53,912 nucleotides of DNA from positions 1 to 53,912 of the forward strand of contig DASXQB010000419.1 in the NCBI GenBank assembly GCA_036493295.1. The letters are read 5' to 3'. This document shows positions 45,138 through 52,944 of the stretch, in pieces; within the stretch, counting starts at the first letter, position 1, and every line of letters starts with the position of its first letter. The notes below the pieces were generated by a model that saw only the letters and a list, made by a program, of their open reading frames with translations, had not been told where the DNA came from and ran no database searches. Both the position numbers and the translations under genes were made by a program. Source of the stretch: Polyangia bacterium (GTDB lineage: Bacteria > Myxococcota_A > Polyangia > Fen-1088).

Positions 45138-46460
45138 TCAGAGGCCGGCGGACGTGGCGTTTTCCAGCACCGCCGCCGCGCCCAAGCCGCCCGCCGCGCA
45201 GATGCCCAGCAGTGCGCGCCGTTTGCCCGTGCGGGCCAGTTCGTTGGCCATGGTGGTGACCATGCGCGCGCCGGTGGCGGCGAAGGGATGGCCCAGGGCC
45301 AACGAACCGCCGTGCACGTTCAGCCGTTCGGGATCGATCCGGCCCACCGCCGCCGATCGCCCCAGGCGCAGGCGGGCGAAGGCGTCGCTGTCCAGCACCT
45401 TCAGCACGCTCAGCACCTGCGCCGCGAAGGCCTCGTGCATATCCACCAGATCGACGTCGGGGAGCGCGCACCCGGCGCGGTCCAACGCCAGCGGCATGGC
45501 CAGCGCCGGGCCGATCAACAGCTGGTCTGCCGGATCCACGCCGACGTAAGCCCAACTGGCGAACCGCGCCAGCGGACGCAGGCCCAACGCGCGCGCCTTG
45601 TCCTCGCTCATCAGCAAAACCGCGGCGCCCCCGTCGGTCAGCGAGCTGGAATTTCCGGCGGTCAGTGTCCCGTCGGCGGCGAACACCGGTTTCAGCTTGG
45701 CCAGTTTTTCCACGCTGGTGTCGGCGCGAACGATGGTGTCGCTGTGAACCCAGCGTCCGCCCGCCTCGACCGGAACTACCTCGTCGGCAAAGCGGCCACT
45801 GGCGATGGCGGCGGCGGCACGCTGGTGCGAGCGCACCGCCAGCTCGTCCTGGGCGGCGCGGCTGATCTCGTTGCGCCGGGCCATTTCTTCGGCGGATTCG
45901 CCCATCAGCTTGCCGGTGGTGCGCTCGGCGATGCGCGGCACGCGCGGTAGCACCTCGGACAGCGGGAACATCTGCGCCAGCACCCCCAGCACATCGGCGG
46001 GCGTCGGCTTGCCATAGATCAGCGGCGCGGCGGCGTGCACCACCTTCTGCGGCAGCTTCACTTCGGCGTTGCTGGTGGAATCCGATCCGCCGGCGACGAT
46101 GACGTCGGCTTCGCCGCGCTCGATGGCCGCCGCCGCCAGCGTCACCGCCTGCAGCCCGGAAGCGCAAGCGCGCGTCACGGTCATCGCCTCGACGGCCGGA
46201 TCAAGGCGCAGGTCCAGCGCGATCTCGCGACCGACGTTGGGCGACAGCCCGGGCAGGATGACGCCGCCCCAGATAATGGCGTCGATCTCGGCGCGCGCCG
46301 TCGGAAACCGCGCCAGCAGGCCGCGTACCGCCGCGGCGCCCAGCGCCATGGTGTCCAGCTTGAGAAACTCAGCGAAGGCTTTGACGAAGGGCGTGCGCAC
46401 GCCGCCCACCACGACGGCGCGGCGCCCGTTCGGAACTGGATTTTCGCTTCCCGATGGCAT
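45138..46460 (-). CDS. Acetyl-CoA C-acyltransferase (thiolase, FadA-like)
   Basis: Taken from ATG 46460 of ORF 45138..46523. It has the active-site Cys region VTRACASGLQAV, plus NVHGGSLALGHPFAATGAR and a C-terminal CAAGGLGAAAVLE. Confidence 0.9.
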   Translation of the reverse strand: MPSGSENPVPNGRRAVVVGGVRTPFVKAFAEFLKLDTMALGAAAVRGLLARFPTARAEIDAIIWGGVILPGLSPNVGREIALDLRLDPAVEAMTVTRACASGLQAVTLAAAAIERGEADVIVAGGSDSTSNAEVKLPQKVVHAAAPLIYGKPTPADVLGVLAQMFPLSEVLPRVPRIAERTTGKLMGESAEEMARRNEISRAAQDELAVRSHQRAAAAIASGRFADEVVPVEAGGRWVHSDTIVRADTSVEKLAKLKPVFAADGTLTAGNSSSLTDGGAAVLLMSEDKARALGLRPLARFASWAYVGVDPADQLLIGPALAMPLALDRAGCALPDVDLVDMHEAFAAQVLSVLKVLDSDAFARLRLGRSAAVGRIDPERLNVHGGSLALGHPFAATGARMVTTMANELARTGKRRALLGICAAGGLGAAAVLENATSAGL

Positions 46461-46465
46461 GACGG

Positions 46466-46495
46466 TTTCCTTGCCTTTCCTTGCCTTGCCTTGCC
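46466..46495. repeat. Pentanucleotide repeat (TTKCC)x6 filling the fabG4-like / thiolase intergenic gap
   Basis: The sequence is TTTCC TTGCC TTTCC TTGCC TTGCC TTGCC on the + strand. On the coding (-) strand this reads GGCAA GGCAA GGCAA GGAAA GGCAA GGAAA, ending 5 nt before the thiolase ATG. Confidence 0.8.
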
Positions 46496-47953
46496 TCAGG
46501 CGCCGATCAGCGCGCCGCCGCACACCCGCAGCACCGCCCCGGTGACGCCCACCGCGCCCGGCGATGCCATGAAGGTAATCACCTCGCCGACGTCCGACGG
46601 CAGGCCGCCCTGCCCCAGCGCGCTCAGACGCCGGCCGGCTTGCCGAATCATCAGAGGAATGGCGGCGGTCATGCGCGTCTCGATGAATCCCGGCGCCACG
46701 GCGTTGACGGTGATTCCGCGCGGGGCCAGATCGATGGCGCGGCGACGCACGTACGCCGCCACGCCCGCCTTGGACGCGGCGTAGTTGGTCTGCCCGACGT
46801 TGCCCGCCAGGCCCGCCACGGACGACAGACAGACCTCGCGCCCGAACGCGCGCAGAAGACCGCCCGGGCGCGCTTCATCCAGGGCCGCGTCGATACGGGC
46901 GATGGCCGCCAGGTTGACGTCGATGACGTCGGCCCAGGCTTCGGGCTTCATGCGCCCCAGCGTCTTGTCGCGGGTGATGCCGGCGTTGTGAACGACGATG
47001 TCCACACCGCCAAAATGTTCGGCGAGGTACCGGCTGATGGCCGCGGCCGCGTCCGTCTGGCCAATGTCTGTCAATAGGACCGACCCGCCGATGGTCCGCG
47101 CCAGCTGGCTGGCCACGCCGGCGTCTGCCGGACGATCCAGACAAACGACGTGCGCGCCCTCGGCGGCCAGCAAGCGCGCCGTCGCCTCGCCGATACCGCG
47201 CGCCGCGCCCGTCACCAGCGCCACTTTGCCGTCGAGCACGCGCACCGTCGCCGGCGCTCCGACCTGGGACGCCGCCCGCGTGTCGACGACGATCGGCTGC
47301 CCCGACACGAACGCCGAGCGCGGCGACAGCAGAAACCGCAGCACCGCTTCCAGGCGCGCCTCGGCGCCGTCGTGCACCACGCACAGCTGCGCCGTCGAGC
47401 CGCGCTTGCCGATCTCCTTGGCCAGGCTGCGGGTGAATCCTTCCAGCGCCGCCTGCGCCGCGCTGGCCGCCGCCGACGGCGCCGCGACCGGCGGTCGCCC
47501 CAGCACCACCACCCGACCATTCGTCGACAGAGCGGGGATCAACGGATGAAAAAAATCGTAAAGTTTTTGTAAGTCCGCCGCGCTCGCCACACCGGTGGCG
47601 TCGAACACCAGCGCGTGCGGCCGCAGACCGTCCGGTAGTGCGCCCAGCGCCAGCGGCGCCAGCGGGCGCCCGTACGCCGCGCAAAATTCGACCAGCGTGG
47701 GAGACGCCGGCGCCGGCGCCACCACCAGCAGGGAATTGGCGCCCGCCCGAACCAGGGCTTGGATCGCGCTGTCCCGCACGGCCACGCCGGCCGACGCCGC
47801 GCCCACCACCACGGTCTGATCCGCCAGTGGCCGTTCCTCCCACGGCCCCCGCGCGCGGCGCAGCGGCTGCGGCAGAGGCAGCGGCAATCCCAGCGTCTTG
47901 GTGAGGCGGCGGGCTTGCGGATTGGCGCCCAGCTGCAGCAACCAATCGCTCAC
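46496..47953 (-). CDS. Two-domain (high-molecular-weight) 3-oxoacyl reductase, FabG4-like SDR
   Basis: 485 aa. It has an N-terminal pseudo-SDR domain and a C-terminal catalytic SDR (VTGAARGIGEA, NAGITRD, YAASKAG, PGFIET). Confidence 0.85.
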   Translation of the reverse strand: MSDWLLQLGANPQARRLTKTLGLPLPLPQPLRRARGPWEERPLADQTVVVGAASAGVAVRDSAIQALVRAGANSLLVVAPAPASPTLVEFCAAYGRPLAPLALGALPDGLRPHALVFDATGVASAADLQKLYDFFHPLIPALSTNGRVVVLGRPPVAAPSAAASAAQAALEGFTRSLAKEIGKRGSTAQLCVVHDGAEARLEAVLRFLLSPRSAFVSGQPIVVDTRAASQVGAPATVRVLDGKVALVTGAARGIGEATARLLAAEGAHVVCLDRPADAGVASQLARTIGGSVLLTDIGQTDAAAAISRYLAEHFGGVDIVVHNAGITRDKTLGRMKPEAWADVIDVNLAAIARIDAALDEARPGGLLRAFGREVCLSSVAGLAGNVGQTNYAASKAGVAAYVRRRAIDLAPRGITVNAVAPGFIETRMTAAIPLMIRQAGRRLSALGQGGLPSDVGEVITFMASPGAVGVTGAVLRVCGGALIGA

Positions 47954-48909
47954 GAGGCGGTCCTTTCTTCGAAGCGGCCGTTCAGATAGGCGAAGCCGCC
48001 CGGCGCATCACCGACGAACACGGTGCTGCCGGCGCCGACGTACAGGCCCACGCGCGCCGGCAGCGGCAGCGGCCGCGAAAACCGCACGTCGATGCTGCGA
48101 AGACGATTGACGGCGCCGGCGAACAGACCGCGGTGCAAGCCTTCTATACTCCGCGCCAGAGTGGCGAATCCGTGCAGAATGCTGCTGCGAAAACCGAACG
48201 CCTGCGCGTACGGACGCAGCCAGTGCACCGGATTGACGTCGCCGGTGAGCATGGCGAAAGACCAGCCGGCGTCGGACCGCAGCCGCCAGTAGGCTAGCTC
48301 GCGCGAGCCCGCCGGAACCAGCGCCGTCTCTTTCTTGCTGTGCACGTTGTGGCCGTTGTGGCCGTTCGGATGATGCCCGTTGGCGACGGGCGCCGGTTTC
48401 GGTGGGGCCGTCGGCACAACGGCGAAGATGTCCGCGATCAACGCTTCGGGGACGGACGCCGTCTCCGTCACCAGCCGCTGATGCAGCACCACCCGCCGGC
48501 CATTGTCATCGACGCCGACCAACTGGGCGCGCACGAGCAGCGCCTCGCCCAGCGGCAACGGCGCGTTCATCGTCAGGCGGCAACCACCATTCATCACGCG
48601 CAGCAACGGATACGGAAGGCCTTCCAGCGTTCGGGCAGCCAGCGGAAACGTCCACTGCGGAAACAGATGCGGCGGCAGGTGGCCACGATAAGCCGACGGA
48701 TCGCCGCCCACGGTGCGCACGTAGTCGCGCACCAGCGCCGCGGTCGGCGGCGCCACCCATTCGGTCAAGACCGGCCGCGGAAACTCCGGCGCGACCGACG
48801 GCGTCGTCCACGACCCGCCCATTCGCTGGGCCAGCGCCGTCATTGCCGTGCGGCCGACGGCGGCCATCACCCGTCGCTGGGCCAGAATGTGTCGCGCACC
48901 GACGCCCAC
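47950..48909 (-). CDS. MaoC-like (R)-specific enoyl-CoA hydratase / dehydratase (double hot-dog, HtdX-like)
   Basis: 319 aa with the C-terminal MaoC motif LTGDVNPVHW. The GTG start at 48909 is uncertain; in-frame ATGs lie 14 and 22 codons downstream. It has a GTGA overlap with the FabG4-like gene. Confidence 0.8.
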   Translation of the reverse strand: MGVGARHILAQRRVMAAVGRTAMTALAQRMGGSWTTPSVAPEFPRPVLTEWVAPPTAALVRDYVRTVGGDPSAYRGHLPPHLFPQWTFPLAARTLEGLPYPLLRVMNGGCRLTMNAPLPLGEALLVRAQLVGVDDNGRRVVLHQRLVTETASVPEALIADIFAVVPTAPPKPAPVANGHHPNGHNGHNVHSKKETALVPAGSRELAYWRLRSDAGWSFAMLTGDVNPVHWLRPYAQAFGFRSSILHGFATLARSIEGLHRGLFAGAVNRLRSIDVRFSRPLPLPARVGLYVGAGSTVFVGDAPGGFAYLNGRFEERTAS

Positions 48910-48918
48910 GCGACGCGC

Positions 48919-50832
48919 TTACCCCGCCGCCTTTTCGGCTCCGCTGCTGGCGCTGGTCCCGCCCGCCAGCAGATCCAGCAGGCGCTGGCCGGTGCTGGTG
49001 ATCTCCTCGTGCAGGAACTTCACCCGCGGCTCGGCACGCTCAAGGTGCCGTTCCAGCGCCTCGCGCCGCTGCGGGTGGCGGCGCGCCTGCGCCAACAAGA
49101 CTTCGGCGATGGCCTCGTCGGCCAGCAAGCGGGTCAACCGTTCGGCGTGCAGCATGGCGTAGGCGAAGTCGCGCTTGGGATTCCATTCATTGAAGATCGC
49201 CTTTCGCCAGGTCCCCAGCGGCTGTCCCTGCACGGTCTTCACCTTTGCGGCCATGGTGCGCGTCACCAGGTGTTGTTGCGCAGCCAGCGACAGCAACTGC
49301 AGGCGCGCCACCCGCCGTTCCAACCCGTCACGCGCCGACAGCGATCGCCAGCGGGTCTGGGCCATGCGCTTCACGAACTCCTGCGGCGCTCGCAAGATGC
49401 CGGTCAGCGCGTCCTTCATGGCCATCAGCGATTGGATCTGGCTGGTGCCTTCGTAGATGGGCATCACCAGCGCGTCGCGCAGCAGCTTCTCGGCGCCGAA
49501 CTCGCGCATGTACCCGTTACCGCCGTGAATCTGCAGGCAGCGGCGGGCCATCTCCACCGCTTTTTCAGCAGCCAGGTACTTCAAAAGCGGCATGGTTCGC
49601 CGAGCGGCCACCTTATGGGCGCGGATCTCCGTGTCGCGCGCGCCGCCTAAAAACTTCCCGAACAGCGCTTTCTTGTGCGCCATCTCCTCGTGAAAAGCGC
49701 CGTGCATGGCCAGCGCACGCAGGTTGACGATGTCCGACTCCATCTCGTCCAGGTAGTCGGCGATCATCTCGTGGCGATCGATGGTCTTGCCCATTGATCG
49801 CCGTTCTGCCGCATATCCCTTCGCCAGGCGCAGCGCCGCTTCACACAGACCGATCGATTCGAAGCCCACGCCCAAACGCGCGTGGTTCATGATCTCCAGC
49901 ATCTGGCGAAACCCTTCACCGCGCTTGCCCACCAGCTCAGCCGGCGTGCGATCAAACGTGATGGCCACCGTCGCCGAGCCGTGGTGCCCCAATTTTTCTT
50001 CGATGCGATCCAGCGTCGCCAGGCGGGTCCGGCTGCCATCGGCCTCGTCGCGAAACGCCGGCACCATGAACATCGACAGGCCGCCCAGGCCCGCCTGCGG
50101 ATCGTCGGGCCCGCTGCCTTTTTCGGTGCGGGCCACGACGAAGTGGTACTTGCCGTGCCCCGAGGTGATGAAGATCTTCTGCCCGGTCAGGGTCCACTTG
50201 CCGTCGGTGTCTTGCGTCCCCACCGCGCGCAGCGCCGCCATGTCACTGCCGGCGTCGGACTCGGTGATGTCCATGCTGCCCCAGGCGGCGCCGCTGGCGA
50301 TCTCCGCCATCTCGGCGGGCCAGCGGGTGCGGGTGATGCGGCCGGTGGCGGGGTCGTGCACGGTGGTGCCTTCCAGCAGCGACAGGACCAGCATGGCCAT
50401 CGCCGTACCGCTGTGAAATCCGTAGTGGGTCATCACCGAGACGTCGGCGCGGGCCAAGAGCTCAGCGTTGATGAAGTAAAGCAGCATGGGCGCGTTCATG
50501 CCGCCCAGCTCCCGCGGCAAGTTCAGGCCGTGCAGCCCCAGCTCGGCGATCTTGCGCGTGATCGCCTCAAGGCGCGGCGGAAAGGTGGCTTCGCCGTTCG
50601 CGAACCGAATTCCCTCGCGATCGATCTCGGCTGCGTGCGGCGCGATCTCCTCGGCCACGAACTCGCCAACCATCGCGGCGATCTCGCGATAGAAGGTCAG
50701 CGCTTCGGCGGCGGTCTTGAACCCATCGGCGAACCGATAGCCAAGCTCGGTCACCGAGACCACCGTCTCCCAGTCAATGCCGTCTTGCAGGTAGTACTGA
50801 AGGTCGTCGTTGTCGCGCAGGAAGCTTGCCAT
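48919..50832 (-). CDS. Acyl-CoA dehydrogenase, long form (FadE5-like, about 640 aa)
   Basis: 637 aa with ACAD regions (ESDAGSDMAALR, GQKIFITSG, IHGGNGYMREF...RDALVMPIYEGTSQIQ) and a long C-terminal helical extension. Confidence 0.9.
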   Translation of the reverse strand: MASFLRDNDDLQYYLQDGIDWETVVSVTELGYRFADGFKTAAEALTFYREIAAMVGEFVAEEIAPHAAEIDREGIRFANGEATFPPRLEAITRKIAELGLHGLNLPRELGGMNAPMLLYFINAELLARADVSVMTHYGFHSGTAMAMLVLSLLEGTTVHDPATGRITRTRWPAEMAEIASGAAWGSMDITESDAGSDMAALRAVGTQDTDGKWTLTGQKIFITSGHGKYHFVVARTEKGSGPDDPQAGLGGLSMFMVPAFRDEADGSRTRLATLDRIEEKLGHHGSATVAITFDRTPAELVGKRGEGFRQMLEIMNHARLGVGFESIGLCEAALRLAKGYAAERRSMGKTIDRHEMIADYLDEMESDIVNLRALAMHGAFHEEMAHKKALFGKFLGGARDTEIRAHKVAARRTMPLLKYLAAEKAVEMARRCLQIHGGNGYMREFGAEKLLRDALVMPIYEGTSQIQSLMAMKDALTGILRAPQEFVKRMAQTRWRSLSARDGLERRVARLQLLSLAAQQHLVTRTMAAKVKTVQGQPLGTWRKAIFNEWNPKRDFAYAMLHAERLTRLLADEAIAEVLLAQARRHPQRREALERHLERAEPRVKFLHEEITSTGQRLLDLLAGGTSASSGAEKAAG

Positions 50833-50884
50833 GCCGCCCTCTCGATGGTCTCGCCGTGGTCGTGGTCTTTTTGGCCACCTCTAG

Positions 50885-50913
50885 CCCGTTATTGAATCTT
50901 AGTCAATAGCGGG
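50885..50913. promoter_or_regulatory. Operator-like palindrome, copy d: CCCGTTATTGA-ATCTTAG-TCAATAGCGGG
   Basis: It lies in the 123-bp gap between the TetR stop (50956) and the FadE5-like start (50832), 53-81 bp upstream of that ATG. Confidence 0.5.
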
Positions 50914-50955
50914 CCGGCCGACACCCAAACCACCAATCGCCTCTGTCAACGCAGT

Positions 50956-51603
50956 CTATCCTGGGGCGCCGTGGCCCTTGCGAATCAAATTGTCCAAAGC
51001 CCGGGCCAGCTTCGGATCCCGCTCGACCGCCTTGGCCAGCACGCCGGCGTAACCAGCGATGAGAATTTCGCGTAGATCGTCGCGTTTCAATTCCGGATGG
51101 ACGATCCAATCGAGACAAGCGCCCTCCACCATGGCGATCCAAGCCCGCAGCGCCGCCCGCAGCACCGGGCGCGGCTTGGAGATACGAAAATCACGCAGGA
51201 AGTACTGCATGACCACATCGCGGTGCTCTTCCAGAATGGCGTGCATCTCCTTGGCCACCGCCGCCCCACCGCGATAGATGGCGGCGTACACCGGGCCGTG
51301 CTCCTGCACGTAGTTCAGGTGGGCGTCGACGGCGGCGCGCAGCCGAGCGCCTGGCTGCAGCTTGGGATCGGGCTCGGTCATGCGCAAAAGCTGCGACGAC
51401 GCCTGGCGGATGGTCTCGACGTAGAACTCTCGTTTGCCGCCGAAATAGTGATAAAGCAGGCCCTTCGACATACCAGCGGCCTGGGCCACGTCGTCGATCG
51501 AGATGTCGTCGTACGAATGGTTCGAGAACAACCTGATCCCCAACTCTAACAGCCGGGCCCGGCGCTCGTCGATCTGAAGGCGGACTCTGCGTTGTGCGGC
51601 CAT
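50956..51603 (-). CDS. TetR/AcrR-family transcriptional regulator
   Basis: 215 aa with the N-terminal HTH LLELGIRLFSNHSYDDISIDDVAQAAGMSKGLLYHYFGGKREF. Confidence 0.9.
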   Translation of the reverse strand: MAAQRRVRLQIDERRARLLELGIRLFSNHSYDDISIDDVAQAAGMSKGLLYHYFGGKREFYVETIRQASSQLLRMTEPDPKLQPGARLRAAVDAHLNYVQEHGPVYAAIYRGGAAVAKEMHAILEEHRDVVMQYFLRDFRISKPRPVLRAALRAWIAMVEGACLDWIVHPELKRDDLREILIAGYAGVLAKAVERDPKLARALDNLIRKGHGAPG

Positions 51604-51677
51604 GAGACGCGCGGCATCTTACTCGATCGCCGTCGGCCCCACGACAGCGATAGCGAAAACTAAGACGGCGCCGACCA

Positions 51678-52007
51678 CTAAAGGCCGAACGCCGTCTGCA
51701 GGCTACGCAGCAGATCGAGATCGTTGGTCTTGATCCGCCCCGAGATGAAATCGACGGCGCCCGGCTTCCAGGTGCCGTTGATCAGTTTCAGGAAAAGTTC
51801 AGCCGATGTCTTCAGAACGCAGTCGGCGTTCTCGGTCTTGCCGGCCACCACCTCGCAGGCGGTCGGCGACAGGGTGACGGTCCATTTCAGCGCGGCCGTA
51901 TCGCCCAGCGACAGATAGTACGTGGTCGCTTTTTTGACGGCGCCCGGTTGAAACCGAGCCTTCAACGTGGTGAGCGAAGTGGCAAGGCCGTTGTGCATGT
52001 GGACCAT
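51678..52007 (-). CDS. SCP2 (sterol-carrier-protein-2-like) lipid-binding domain protein
   Basis: 109 aa. The ...ADCVLKTSAELFLKLINGTWKPGAVDFISGRIKTNDLDLLRSLQTAF pattern is typical of SCP-2. Confidence 0.85.
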   Translation of the reverse strand: MVHMHNGLATSLTTLKARFQPGAVKKATTYYLSLGDTAALKWTVTLSPTACEVVAGKTENADCVLKTSAELFLKLINGTWKPGAVDFISGRIKTNDLDLLRSLQTAFGL

Positions 52008-52025
52008 GCTATCACGGCCGGGTGG

Positions 52026-52046
52026 TTATTGACCTACATTCAACAA
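52026..52046. promoter_or_regulatory. Operator-like palindrome, copy e: TTATTGA-CCTACAT-TCAACAA
   Basis: It lies 19-39 bp upstream of the SCP2 ATG (52007). The left arm is identical to copy d, and the right arm matches 5/7. Confidence 0.4.
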
Positions 52047-52083
52047 GCGAAAGGCCCCGGCGGTGAAGCACCGCCAGGGCCTT
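52041..52083 (-). terminator. Candidate intrinsic terminator downstream of the pilin gene
   Basis: A 15-bp GC-rich stem pairs 52051-52065 (AAGGCCCCGGCGGTG) with 52069-52083 (CACCGCCAGGGCCTT). The single non-Watson-Crick position is C-A on the + strand but a G-U wobble in the minus-strand RNA. The minus-strand trailer is UCGCUUGUUG. The stem begins 35 nt after the pilin stop. Confidence 0.55.
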
Positions 52084-52117
52084 ATTTTTCCGAGAAAGCG
52101 GTCGCTGCCGCGTTTCC

Positions 52118-52663
52118 TTACTCTAGCTCGTTGGTGATGATCGGAGCCTTGCTGCCGCTGACGTCGCCGTTGCCGTCGACCAGGCCGACGCGCTTGAAGT
52201 CAGAGGTGGTGCCGTTGCAGTCCAGGTCGCCGGTCACCTCTGCGGTGAACGTGGCGGCGCGGAGCGTGCCGGTGCTGGTGTAGCGCGGCAGGTACAGGTG
52301 CGGGTCGGGCAGCGAGAACTGCAGGGCGACCCACTCAGGCGCCTGCCAAGCGACGGCGCCGCCCGGGCACTTGCCGGTGTCCATGCAGCCGCATTCCTTG
52401 GCGGCTTCCAGCGTGGCGGCCTTGCCCAGCGACGGGAATTGTTTGGCGACGGGGTTGCCCGTGGCATCCATGTGGTCGGTCTCGTAGTAGGTGACCGAGC
52501 CGGCCCACATCTTGTTCAGGTGGCCCACCGCCTCGGCGGTGCGCGAACGCTTGATGTACTTCGAGAAGGCCGGGATGGCCACCGCCGCCAGGATGCCGAT
52601 GATGGCGACGACGATCATCAACTCGACCAACGTGAAACCAGCTTGACGCTTGCGAATGAACAT
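52118..52663 (-). CDS. Type IV pilin (prepilin with N-terminal cleavage/methylation domain)
   Basis: 181 aa. [33 protein letters not shown] is a class III signal peptide (G|FTLVE). A C-terminal Cys pair is present. GGAGG lies 9 nt upstream of the ATG. Confidence 0.95.
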   Translation of the reverse strand: MFIRKRQAGFTLVELMIVVAIIGILAAVAIPAFSKYIKRSRTAEAVGHLNKMWAGSVTYYETDHMDATGNPVAKQFPSLGKAATLEAAKECGCMDTGKCPGGAVAWQAPEWVALQFSLPDPHLYLPRYTSTGTLRAATFTAEVTGDLDCNGTTSDFKRVGLVDGNGDVSGSKAPIITNELE

Positions 52664-52760
52664 TTTCGGGATCCTCCGTTTGAGTGGTGATTGAGAACGT
52701 CGACGGCGGGGGCTATCGGCGGACGCTTTCGGTAGATTGAATGCGGCGCAAACTCTTCAT

Positions 52761-52776
52761 TGCAGCGTTCGTGCCG
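52761..52776 (-). promoter_or_regulatory. Candidate sigma54 (-24/-12) promoter for the pilin gene
   Basis: The minus strand reads CGGCACGAACGCTGCA, compared with the consensus TGGCACG-N4-TTGCA. The GG-N10-GC spacing is exact. It lies about 100 nt upstream of the pilin ATG (52663). Confidence 0.5.
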
Positions 52777-52944
52777 CCCGCTGGCCGCCTGATGGTGGCG
52801 CCGATTCCAGGGCTATTGCCGATGCCGCCGCCGGGGCCTGCCGCAAATGGTCACTTTCTCACGCGCAAACTGACCAACTTCGGTCCAGCCCAAGCGGCCC
52901 ACACGTCAGACGCCGGTGGCTGTCGGCCCACACGGGCGCTGTGT

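Noticed and set aside
52051-52090. The hairpin plus TTATTTTT read as a plus-strand intrinsic terminator.
   Set aside because: No plus-strand gene ends upstream of it, and the stem has a C-A mismatch on that strand. I interpret it as the pilin (minus-strand) terminator with bidirectional geometry.
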